From: a bacterium
GTDB taxonomy: Bacteria > SAR324 > NAC60-12
DNA length: 64,000 nucleotides
Direction: 5' to 3'
NCBI GenBank assembly: GCA_965205865.1
Contig: CBDBHR010000028.1
Span: 192,001-256,000, forward strand
Position numbers and translations under genes: made by a program. Below are positions 1 through 9,040 of this stretch, piece by piece (position 1 is the first letter of the stretch; each line of letters starts with the position of its first letter). The notes beneath the pieces are model-generated. The model had not been told where the DNA came from and did no database searches. It saw nothing but the letters and a program-made list of their open reading frames with translations.

Positions 1-900
1 ATAGCGCTGTATGGTATGGTGAATACCGTTTTCCGCTTCGTCAATCACAAGAAATCCATCCTGGCTGTTGGCAAGAGCCAAAGCGACACTGAATACTCGT
101 ACCGCTCCGTCGCCAAGACTTTTCAGAGGAACTGGAAGGTCCTGTCCTCTGAGCTTCACAATCGCTCGCCGACCGTAGCGTTCGCGACCTCTCCCCTCTT
201 CACCGACCACTGCAACACGCTCCACTTCATCGTAAATCAATTTCAGCATCTGCACTGCGTAGTTTTCATCCTCTGTAAGAGCTACCTTGTCCCAAAACCG
301 CGTCATGTCTGCGTTGCTTAGTAAGCCTGGTCCCAAAGACTCGCATCGGATGGCAGGCAGGAATTCGGATTCATCATACCGTAACATGCGGTGGTCCCAA
401 CGATTGAGGTTACGAAATAATGGAATGGTTTGCTCTTTGCCTTTGAATTTAATCCTGAGCACAGATAAATCTTCTTCAGAGAAGTACTTATCAGGCAAAA
501 ATCTTCCCAATCTCTCAGCTTCTTTTTCATTGAGCAGAGCGATAGTGACACTGAGATGCTGAGCGTTGTTTCCCGTGCCTATCGAGATCAGTGGATTTTT
601 TGAGATGTGTCTGCCATAGAATAGAGCTTCCCAATTGGGTAAAGACACTTCGTCACCGTCTTCGTCTCTAGTATCAATAAGCTCTTCGCGGCTGCGCAAA
701 ATATCCGTGAAAATATAACCGCGCCCGCACGCGGCATAGAGCCGGACGGCATCAAGCAAGGTGGTCTTGCCAACTCCGTTTTTCCCGGCGAATAGTGTCA
801 CGCGGCCCAGACGCGGAATCGTAAGGTCTTCAATACCACGGAACCCTCGGATCACCAAATCCGGAAGACGGAGGGCGTTATTAGATGGAATTGCAGGCAT
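1..900 (-). CDS. ABC/AAA_21-type ATPase, 3' end runs off the left edge
   Basis: Not in the ORF track (no stop in window). Manual translation from ATG at 900: Walker A GKNGVGKTT, signature PLKSLGDG, Walker B LVIDEAENGIHH; open to base 1. Confidence 0.9.
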   Translation of the reverse strand, partial: MPAIPSNNALRLPDLVIRGFRGIEDLTIPRLGRVTLFAGKNGVGKTTLLDAVRLYAACGRGYIFTDILRSREELIDTRDEDGDEVSLPNWEALFYGRHISKNPLISIGTGNNAQHLSVTIALLNEKEAERLGRFLPDKYFSEEDLSVLRIKFKGKEQTIPLFRNLNRWDHRMLRYDESEFLPAIRCESLGPGLLSNADMTRFWDKVALTEDENYAVQMLKLIYDEVERVAVVGEEGRGRERYGRRAIVKLRGQDLPVPLKSLGDGAVRVFSVALALANSQDGFLVIDEAENGIHHTIQRY

Positions 901-966
901 AAAGTTGTTTCCTTCGTTTAGCGTTGTTGTCAGGTTGTCCCCTTGGGTGTCATGTCGACCATAGGG
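435..966. repeat. 532-bp dispersed direct repeat, copy A (5' half and upstream region of the ATPase gene)
   Basis: Near-identical to 8444-8975 at constant offset 8009, with scattered substitutions. Confidence 0.95.
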
Positions 967-1093
967 AAAGATCTTCAAGATTCCTTAAATTCGTTTGGAA
1001 TGCCACTCCTTTGAATGGGATACAAGCTATCGTACCATACAGGCTATGATGAAACTCGCGTTAAAACATTTTACGTAATTCTTAAACAGGTTT

Positions 1094-1603
1094 TTAAACT
1101 ACTATTTTAAATCGTGCCAATAGTTCCACAAAGTCGATACATTCAACATTCTCTTGCTGACAAATCAAGGGGATTTTATAATTTGATCTTTTGTTTGGTT
1201 TTTGATTCTGCTGCGCTTCGAGTGTTACTACTGTTTGATCTTTCAATAGCGCAAAAGCTATCAAGGAGATATCCGCCTCATTTGCCCCTTTACCATTTTC
1301 GTCTGTTTCATATTTGACCATCAAATCCAATGCCTTCTGCTTTACCGTATCATCAAGTGGTGTTTCTTCAATTCTTAAAACTTCTTCCAGCCAGATACGA
1401 AGAGGATGTGTTTCCCTTAGTTTTTCTTTATCTTTTTTCTTTCTGTTATCAATGGGTTCTATTTCATCGAAAACAGGTTGGATCAGGATGATATTGCCAC
1501 CCAATTTCTCTTGCATCCTTTGATAAAGCGTCGGAAATATCTTTGGTGAATAGGTTTTATACCAAGCTGTCATAAACACATTGGCATCCACACAATAACT
1601 CAT
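1094..1603 (-). CDS. DUF4411-family PIN-domain protein
   Basis: N-terminal YCVDANVF, ADISLIAFA, VVTLE and C-terminal KIPLIC motifs typical of DUF4411; overlaps the stop of an upstream ImmA-like fragment. Confidence 0.85.
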   Translation of the reverse strand: MSYCVDANVFMTAWYKTYSPKIFPTLYQRMQEKLGGNIILIQPVFDEIEPIDNRKKKDKEKLRETHPLRIWLEEVLRIEETPLDDTVKQKALDLMVKYETDENGKGANEADISLIAFALLKDQTVVTLEAQQNQKPNKRSNYKIPLICQQENVECIDFVELLARFKIVV

Positions 1604-2040
1604 ACCAGGCTTTCCAATTTCAAGGCATCGGATGCCTTTTTGATGCCCAAAAGTTTACACAACTTACGTAATCCGATTTCCTGCTCCCGGTATGCCTGCA
1701 CCACAACCCTGGAATAAATGCTGCCGTACTGATTTAACATTTCTTTGGCCATATTTCTTTTTAACGGTCGACTTTCTCTTGATTCCATCATTTGCTGGTA
1801 ATCCTCTTTCAACCATAACTCTACTTGGTTGTATCGTTGCTGGTTGATAATATTCAGATTCCGCATCCTTATCGTACAGGCGTATTTGCTGACGAAAAAC
1901 TGCTTCGCAATTGTAGCGAGTTGTTGCAAATCTTCATGTTTGTTTCCTGTCAATGAAAATGTTTTTGTTGCTTGAAGAAAGGAGGAGCAAGGCATCAATA
2001 ACTCGCCGGCAAATTCATTGCGCCATTTCTCCTCTGAGCT
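1600..2040 (-). pseudogene. C-terminal fragment of an ImmA/IrrE (peptidase M78) family protein
   Basis: EEKWRNEFAGELLMP and FFVSKYACTIR motifs; no HExxH or HTH because the N-terminal part is missing. Confidence 0.7.
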
Positions 2041-2128
2041 AGATTTGGCGTGAAAGCGATGTCGAAAGTACAATTCTAAAAAGTGCAAAAAAACGAAGGC
2101 CACCAGAAATAAGCGAGGCGTGAAAGCG

Positions 2129-3172
2129 ATGTTCGAATGTTTACAGATACGAAATTTTCGAGGCTTCAACGAACTCAAAATCGACCAATTGAGCGACATT
2201 AACCTCATTGCCGGCAGAAACAACGTCGGCAAGACCAGTTTACTCGAGGCAATTTTTCTGCTGGCTGGAGCCGGAAACGCGCAAATGGCAGTGAACATCA
2301 ATATTATTCGTGGCCTGGATACGATCAGTGTTCCGCCAGGCGAACCCTTGTGGAAACAACTCTTCTCTGATCTGGACATGGGACAGTCCATCGAGATCGA
2401 AGGAAATCACACGTCTCATGGTCAATTGTCCTTGAAAATCGCGTCGGAGCGAGAATCCAACACTGGGATTTTTCTTGGTCGTACTGATGGAATATCGGTG
2501 ACGAACCTATTTGATGAACGTTCACTAATATTTCTTTATAGCCGTCGTTCAAGCAAACCCGTTAAAAGTCGTATTTATATGAAAGGACAGGAGGTCAAGG
2601 TCGATCAGCCCAGTATAAATGTCCCGTTTCATGCGATCGTTCTCTCGTCTCGCATCAGATATGCTCCTGAGGATGCCATAAGGCTGGGACAATTGAGACG
2701 ACAGAAACGGGGAGATATGGTCTTAAAAGCACTACAGGTTCTTGAGCCGAGACTGCGAAGCATCGAGGAAAACTCCTCCAGCGGGATCCCCCTGATCTGG
2801 GGAGACGTCGGGTTGCCCGAACTGGTACCTCTGTCAGTAATGGGGGAAGGCATAACCCAAATTGCCCGGCTTGTTCTGGCCATTGCTTCCTTCCCCAATG
2901 GAGTCGTGCTGGTGGATGAGATTGAAAATGGCATTCACCACTCCGTACTGCCCGATGTCTGGCGGGTCGTCGCCGAAGCGACCAAGCAATTCCGCACTCA
3001 AATATTCGCAACCACGCACAGTCTCGATTGCGTGACAGCAGCTCAGGCATCCTTGGATCCTGACAGGTTTCGCCTGCACAGGCTCGAAATCGCTGACAAA
3101 ACGAGTCGCTGTGTCACCTATGAACCGGATGCAATCGATGCCGCGGTCCGACATGGTCTCGAGGTTCGATAG
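2129..3172 (+). CDS. ABC/AAA_21-type ATPase
   Basis: IRNFRGF start, Walker A GRNNVGKTS, signature LSVMGEG, Walker B VLVDEIENGIH, H-loop ATTHS. Confidence 0.92.
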   Translation: MFECLQIRNFRGFNELKIDQLSDINLIAGRNNVGKTSLLEAIFLLAGAGNAQMAVNINIIRGLDTISVPPGEPLWKQLFSDLDMGQSIEIEGNHTSHGQLSLKIASERESNTGIFLGRTDGISVTNLFDERSLIFLYSRRSSKPVKSRIYMKGQEVKVDQPSINVPFHAIVLSSRIRYAPEDAIRLGQLRRQKRGDMVLKALQVLEPRLRSIEENSSSGIPLIWGDVGLPELVPLSVMGEGITQIARLVLAIASFPNGVVLVDEIENGIHHSVLPDVWRVVAEATKQFRTQIFATTHSLDCVTAAQASLDPDRFRLHRLEIADKTSRCVTYEPDAIDAAVRHGLEVR

Positions 3173-3174
3173 GT

Positions 3175-3840
3175 ATGGCACAAGCAAGACGAATCCAGTC
3201 GAAAATCCAGTTGCTCGTGGAGGGCAAGGATCAGCTCAACTTCTTTGAAGCGCTCATCGCGCAACTTTCGATCGAGAACATCCAGATCCAGGACTTCGGC
3301 GGCGTGGACGAATTACGTGGTTTCCTGCTTGGGTTTGTGAACATGCCATATTTTCATGAGATCGTCCGGAGTATCGGCATCGTACGCGATACGGAATCAT
3401 CCGCTGAAGGGGCGTTTCAAAGTGTTCAGTCTTCGTTGAAGAACGCCAAACTGTCTGTGCCGCACAACCCCCAAGAATCCACTGCTACCCGCCCGAGGGT
3501 GACGGTACTGATTCTACCCGGCGATAATCGCCAGGGTATGCTCGAAACGCTGCTTTGCGAAAGCTTTGTGAATACCCCGGAGGATCGTTGTATCGATGAC
3601 TTTTTCAAGTGCGTGGAAGCTTTGCGCGATATGTCTATCAAGAGACCGGAGAAGGCTCGCGCGCATGCTTATCTGACAACAAAGCCTGAGCCCCATGTTT
3701 CCGTGGGTGTGGCAGCAAAGAAAAAATACTGGGATTTGAATCACAACGTTTTCAGTAATATTCGCGATTTTTTTAATATAGTCGCTGCCACCGGTTCATC
3801 GAATTGGGGGTCAGGCTTGCATACTTGCATTTCTTTCTGA
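3175..3840 (+). CDS. DUF3226-like TOPRIM-fold protein, partner of the ATPase
   Basis: LLVEGKD, IGIVRDTE, PG..GMLETL and KARAHAYL motifs; starts 2 bp after the ATPase stop. Confidence 0.8.
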   Translation: MAQARRIQSKIQLLVEGKDQLNFFEALIAQLSIENIQIQDFGGVDELRGFLLGFVNMPYFHEIVRSIGIVRDTESSAEGAFQSVQSSLKNAKLSVPHNPQESTATRPRVTVLILPGDNRQGMLETLLCESFVNTPEDRCIDDFFKCVEALRDMSIKRPEKARAHAYLTTKPEPHVSVGVAAKKKYWDLNHNVFSNIRDFFNIVAATGSSNWGSGLHTCISF

Positions 3841-3870
3841 ATACAAGTATGCAAAAGCGCGCAAGCAGGC

Positions 3871-4236
3871 TTGATATCGGTTGTCAAATTTTTGCGCAAA
3901 GAAGGGATTGTTTCAAAGACAGAGCGGACCGTAGATCATCAGCGTGGCGCCACGGGTCTTTATGACGCGCTGGACATGCTCATTTTGTCGGTGGTCGGCA
4001 TTGTTGGCGGCGCCCGTTCGATTCGTTCGATTGTGACAGTTTGGAACGACCGTGTTTTGAGTCGTGCGGCCGGTTGGCCGAGGATTCCGGATGAAACCAC
4101 ATTCGGCCGGATACTGCGTACTTTCACAGAGAAAAACATCAAATCCTTTTTTTTAAAAAAACCTGTCAAAGAGTGGGGGGAAACTCAATCAAAATATTCA
4201 ATTGCAGGATTTAGGTATCATTGGATTATGGCGTGA
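3871..4236 (+). pseudogene. Transposase N-terminal fragment (IS1380-like)
   Basis: GGARSI...DRVLSRAAGWPRIPDETTFGRILRTF resembles the IS1380/DDE_Tnp_1_4 N-terminus; no catalytic domain follows. Confidence 0.6.
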
Positions 4237-4443
4237 GCCTGGAGAGATTAGTGAAAATAGGTGGTAGCAAAAGAGATGGTTTAATTCTTGTTTCCTATGA
4301 AGATGATAATCATGCGCTTATGACATCAGGAAGCGTATGAATCTTTTCCAACTTATTCCCAAGTTTCCGTTTTACCATTCTAAGATCATAGCCTACTTGC
4401 AAATTATTCCAAAATCGCTCCGAATTTTATCCAGTATTCCTAT

Positions 4444-4773
4444 TCAACGCAATACGATATCAATTTGGGTTCCTAAAGCGTCCGCAATTCTTTGAAGCAT
4501 TTGCAATCCCACTGAGACATTACCGTTTTCAATACGGGAAATCACCGCTTGAGTGGTGTTTGCACGTCTGGCAAGCTCTCTTTGTGAAAGCCTTTGAGCT
4601 TCACGTCTGTTGACAATTGCCTTGGCGACTCGTCTTTGTAATTGCAGTTTTTCATACTCTTTGCGAAACTCGGGGTCTTTCATTTGCTCTTGATGATATT
4701 CCTCAAAATTCGTACCACAATGTTGTGGATTCACTCCAAGTTCGATACATTCTTTTTCAGTCAGTGCCCTCAT
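4444..4773 (-). CDS. XRE-family HTH antitoxin (HigA-like)
   Basis: LSQRELARRANTTQAVISRIENG HTH; directly downstream of a RelE-like gene. Confidence 0.88.
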   Translation of the reverse strand: MRALTEKECIELGVNPQHCGTNFEEYHQEQMKDPEFRKEYEKLQLQRRVAKAIVNRREAQRLSQRELARRANTTQAVISRIENGNVSVGLQMLQRIADALGTQIDIVLR

Positions 4774-4775
4774 TC

Positions 4776-5123
4776 TTACTGCTCCAATGTTAAAAGTGCT
4801 TTGAGCCGTTCATGCGCAATTTCCAGCTCTTTTATTGGAGTTGCTTGTCCTTCTTTTTTGGTAAAACCATGAAGGATGAAAACAACGGTTTTAATCCGCA
4901 CATGAATAATGATTCTGCACAGATTATTGGATTGCTTTACCCGAATTTCTTCCATGGGATAGCCATGTAATTTTTTGAAAGCCACCCCACTCATTCTGCC
5001 TTCATGTTCCACCAGATGCTTCAAATAATCATGAAACCTGGTACGAACATTCGGAGGAAGATTGTTTAAAAACTCCTTTGCCGGTTCATTGCCGACATTA
5101 TCTTGAAAGAAGACGGTTTTCAT
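4776..5123 (-). CDS. RelE/HigB-family toxin (Gp49/DUF891-like)
   Basis: GNEPAKEFL, EEIRVK, ILHGFTKK..ATP.KELEIA motifs; toxin-first order. Confidence 0.88.
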   Translation of the reverse strand: MKTVFFQDNVGNEPAKEFLNNLPPNVRTRFHDYLKHLVEHEGRMSGVAFKKLHGYPMEEIRVKQSNNLCRIIIHVRIKTVVFILHGFTKKEGQATPIKELEIAHERLKALLTLEQ

Positions 5124-5357
5124 AGAAATAGTATATCTTATAAGATATTAGAAGATCAACAGAAGTTTCAATTTCTAAGGCTGACCTTCCTGGCGAACTC
5201 ATCTCCTCACCATAGCGATCTGTGCCAAAATCAAGATAGGGGCATAAAATCACCTTCCTGGTCCTTTATCCCCAAACCGAACCTTGGCCCACCAACTTAA
5301 TAATAATCAATAATATCAGTAACCTGTGTTTCAACTTAAAAATATTAAAAGAAAGAA

Positions 5358-5710
5358 GTAACTATTCAGGTATCTTTAGAGACCTCTTCGATTTAAGCAC
5401 GGATTTTGCGTTGCATAAAATACGGAAAGGATTTTATGCTCTCGAAAGTTCAAAAATATATTGATTCCATTTCATCGACTCCCCACCTCGAGGCTCTTCA
5501 AGTTCAAGAAGCCTGTCTACTCTTTGAAAAAGAACGGAACCAATGGAAGCAAGAGCGATTAGGATTCCTTAAACGTATTGAAGCTCTCGAAGCAGAAAAT
5601 AAGCAACTCCGGGATCGGCTGGCTCTCAACAGCCAAAACTCGAGTAAGCCTCCATCCACCGATGTAAGTCGCAAGAGCAAAAGTTCAGGTAAAAACAGGG
5701 GAAATCCATC
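5358..5710 (+). mobile_element. IS66-family left-end remnant with transposase N-terminus
   Basis: GTAACTATTCAG terminus at 5358-5369, then coiled coil and LNSQNSSKPPSTD (DUF6444-type motif); truncated. Confidence 0.75.
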
Positions 5711-5820
5711 CTCGAGATGCTCACTCAGGCTTTGCATCCCCCGGATCAAGTCCGGGACAGGCTTCACATGCTCCTCTTTGTTACTGAAACTCTCCTTTTT
5801 TTAAACGTTCCGCCCCCTGC

Positions 5821-6036
5821 GTGGCCAAAAGTATTCATAGCAAACGTAGCATCGTCAATGCGATTTTGTATGTCCTGAAAACGGCTTGTCAGTGGAGAAT
5901 GCTTGGCCATGATTTACCTCCCTGGCAAAGCGTTTACGATCATTATCGCCGTTGGAAAAAACGCTGGACTGTGGAGCGAACATTCGCTTTTTGGCTCATG
6001 CCGAAGATGGACCGCAATATATTTTTTTATAGCTGA
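5821..6036 (+). pseudogene. IS5-family transposase remnant with internal deletion
   Basis: N-terminal IVNAILYVLKTACQWRML..DLPPWQSVYDHYRRW fused directly to the C-terminal RWTVERTFA motif. Confidence 0.85.
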
Positions 6037-6342
6037 CCTCCATTGTTGCGCAATTCTCCTGATCCAAACTTGCTATAGGCTTTGCGCCGCGTAGTAGTGC
6101 TGAAATCGTGCCTTGTTGTTTCAGGGAAGGAGAGGACTTCCGCTCGTTTGATTCAAAATTAGCTGTGGGAGGGTTCCCGCTCGATCGAATGAACAATACC
6201 GTGAGAGGACTTGAAAACGATGGATTCTTCCCGGGAATCTTTTTTCAATGTTATTGAACTGAACGGCTTCTGACTGTCCCCGGATTTGAGTAGATTTATT
6301 GATTTTTTTTTGCGAATCCCGAATTTATTTTACATCAGGGGA

Positions 6343-6370
6343 TTGACATTGCATTTTTTTGTGCTATAAT
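6343..6370 (+). promoter_or_regulatory. Consensus sigma70 promoter
   Basis: TTGACA (6343-6348), 16-bp spacer, extended -10 TGcTATAAT (TATAAT 6365-6370), 84 bp upstream of the SBP start. Confidence 0.75.
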
Positions 6371-6454
6371 CGTGCCTTCGTTAAGTTGTGTTAATAAAAA
6401 ACAGGTTTTAAATCAATCCTTAATATTTTTAAACATCCAAACGGAGAATCTCGT

Positions 6455-8239
6455 ATGTTTAATCTAAAAAGAAGCTCAAAATTGAGCGCAACCCTGCTGG
6501 CTCTCATCATGGGAGCAAGCGTCTTCTTGGCTGGCCAGGGCTGGGCAGCCGAGATGGTCAAAGATCCCGCCACTGGCGAGATGGTGGAAGCACCTCGCTA
6601 TGGAGGGACCATCACCTATCCCAATGCCAGGGGTATTGGGGAGCATGCTGACTACTGGCATGGTCCCCATATGGCTTTCTCCATTGTCCCTGGTGTGCTC
6701 GAGAAGCTCAGCATGCCGAATTGGGCGATAGATAGGGACGTATGGGACATGAGGAATCTCTATGTCCAGCCCGAACATTTAGTAGGAGCCTTGGCCGAAA
6801 GCTGGGAGGTGCCCGACGACTTAACCTATATCTTCTACATCCGCCAGGGGGTTCGCTGGCACGATAAGGCGCCCCTGAATGGTCGAGCCTTGACGGCCCA
6901 GGATGTCGTCTATAACGTTCACCGTTGGCTGGGGATAGGCAGCGGCTTCACGGAACCCAGCCCTAATGCTCACGATTTCGCTGCGATTCCCTTCGAATCG
7001 ATCACGGCCGAATCCCCGAGAAAGGTGGTGATGAAGCTGAAGCGGCCCTACTTTACGGCGCTGAAGCTAATCATTGAGTGGTGTTGCATTTTTATCTATC
7101 CCCCGGAGGTTATCCAGCAACACGGTGACGCTAAGGATTGGAGGAACCTGGTCGGCACCGGGCCGTTTATGCTGACCGACCATGTCGAAGGCAGCTCGCT
7201 CACCTATACTAGGAATCCTAACTACTGGGGCTACGATGCAAAGTTCCCGGAGAACCGCCTGCCCTATATTGACACATTGAGGGTGCTGGAATTGACAGAA
7301 GAAGCAACCCGTCTGGCGGCACTGCGCTCGGGTAAGCTTGATTTAGTCGGTATTCCCGGCATTTCTCAAATAAAGTCGATCGACCAGGCGGAGAGCCTCA
7401 GGAAGACCAGCCCCGATCTCAAGCAATGGCCGTTTTTCTTGCGATCGGAGACCATTTATTATATGAACGTGAATAACCCGCACTTTTCCGATAAGCGGGT
7501 GCGCATCGCCTTGCAGAAGGCGTTACCCCTTGAGGAAATTAACAATGGCTACTTTAAGGGGCAAGGCAACTGGATCCCCCACGGGATGGTAGGCGATACT
7601 CTCAAGGGGTATTTGATCCCTTATGCGGAGTGGTCCAAAGAGCTGCAGGAAGAGTTTGCCTATGACCCGCAAGAGGCCGAGAGGCTCCTGGATGAGGCGG
7701 GCTATCCGCGGGGCGCGGACGGCGTTCGATTCAAGACCCATGTGCTGCACTCTATTTCTCGAGATATCGCCTATCCGGAATTAGTGACGGAATACTGGCG
7801 TCGGATTGGCGTTGAGGTGGAGATTCGGACCCCGCCTCGGACGGAGTTGACCGCTATCGCCAGTCAAATGAAACATAAAGCGATGCGTGGTGGAGAGGGG
7901 GGCCATCACTATTTGGCTGAGCATGTCGTGGCCCGCTTCTGGGGACCCGCGAAAGTATGGAACCCCGCTGTCGTCAAAGACCCTGAGTTTGACAAGATCA
8001 TTGATGCCCTTCGCGCGGCGAATGACCTCGAGAGTTACCAGAAATATTTCCGAGAGGCAGATATGTACATCACCAAGCAGCATTGGTTCATCTGGGGTCC
8101 CGATGCCCCACACTTTCACGTGAGCCAGCCGTGGCTCAAAGGGTATAACGGGGAAGGCTCATTTGGAGATTCGAATTGGAAGACCCTCTTCGCCCGCCTC
8201 TGGGTTGACCAGGAGCTGAAGAAAGAGATGGGCTTCTAG
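6455..8239 (+). CDS. ABC transporter substrate-binding protein, family 5 (peptide/nickel type)
   Basis: Signal peptide; LAESWEVPD, RQGVRWH, VGTGPF, DKRVRIAL, YDPQEAERLLDEAGYP motifs; GGAG RBS. Confidence 0.92.
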   Translation: MFNLKRSSKLSATLLALIMGASVFLAGQGWAAEMVKDPATGEMVEAPRYGGTITYPNARGIGEHADYWHGPHMAFSIVPGVLEKLSMPNWAIDRDVWDMRNLYVQPEHLVGALAESWEVPDDLTYIFYIRQGVRWHDKAPLNGRALTAQDVVYNVHRWLGIGSGFTEPSPNAHDFAAIPFESITAESPRKVVMKLKRPYFTALKLIIEWCCIFIYPPEVIQQHGDAKDWRNLVGTGPFMLTDHVEGSSLTYTRNPNYWGYDAKFPENRLPYIDTLRVLELTEEATRLAALRSGKLDLVGIPGISQIKSIDQAESLRKTSPDLKQWPFFLRSETIYYMNVNNPHFSDKRVRIALQKALPLEEINNGYFKGQGNWIPHGMVGDTLKGYLIPYAEWSKELQEEFAYDPQEAERLLDEAGYPRGADGVRFKTHVLHSISRDIAYPELVTEYWRRIGVEVEIRTPPRTELTAIASQMKHKAMRGGEGGHHYLAEHVVARFWGPAKVWNPAVVKDPEFDKIIDALRAANDLESYQKYFREADMYITKQHWFIWGPDAPHFHVSQPWLKGYNGEGSFGDSNWKTLFARLWVDQELKKEMGF

Positions 8240-8312
8240 CCGAGTCCAGGCGCCCATTCGCAGGAACTACCTCCCCTCCGCAGTGCGGGTGGGAGGGATC
8301 CCAGCCGATCGA

Positions 8313-8909
8313 TTATACGATATTGCGGAGGGTTCTTTTATTGGAAAGAGCGATTTCAGCGGGATGACTGTGAAGCGCTTTCTCGCTTTCGATGCCGAGC
8401 AACTGATGGAGCAACCCACTGTCGCGTACATAAATTTTTGGAGCTTTGCCTTGGAATTTAATCCTGAGCACAGGTAAATCTTCTTCTGAGAAGTACTTAT
8501 CAGGCAAAGATTTTCCCAATCTCTCAGCTTCTTTTTCATTGAGCAGAGCGATAGTGACACTGAGATGCTGAGCGTTGTTCCCCGTGCCTATCGAGATCAG
8601 GGGATTTTTTGAGATGTGTCTGCCATAGAATAGAGCTTCCCAATTGGGTAAAGACACTTCGTCACCGTCTTCGTCTCTAGTATCAATAAGCTCTTCGCGG
8701 CTGCGCAAAATATCCGTGAAAATATAACCGCGCCCGCACGCGGCATAGAGCCGGACGGCATCAAGCAAGGTAGTCTTGCCAACTCCGTTTTTCCCGGCGA
8801 ATAGTGTCACGCGGCCCAGACGCGGAATCGTAAGGTCTTCAATACCACGGAACCCCCGGATCACTAAATTCGGAAGACGGAGAGCGTTATTTGATGGAAT
8901 TGCAGGCAT
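8313..8909 (-). pseudogene. Truncated ATPase copy fused to a DUF4143-family fragment
   Basis: First ~155 codons nearly identical to the ATPase at 1-900, then KAPKIYVRDSGLLHQLLGIE...LHSHP, a DUF4143-type motif; no Walker B. Confidence 0.8.
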
Positions 8910-8975
8910 AAAGTTGTTTCCTTCGTTTAGCGTTGTTGTCAGGTTGTCCCCTTGGGTGTCATGTCGACCATAGGG
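8444..8975. repeat. 532-bp dispersed direct repeat, copy B
   Basis: Near-identical to 435-966. Confidence 0.95.
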
Positions 8976-9040
8976 GAGGAAAAAACTGATGCGCCAAGTC
9001 AATACGGGGGAAGAGTCTGTCGGAATCATTTTTACTTAAA

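Noticed and set aside
1600-2391. 263-aa minus-strand ORF as a full gene
   Set aside because: Its N-terminal half is the antisense shadow of the plus-strand ATPase; only the part below ~2040 looks like real protein.
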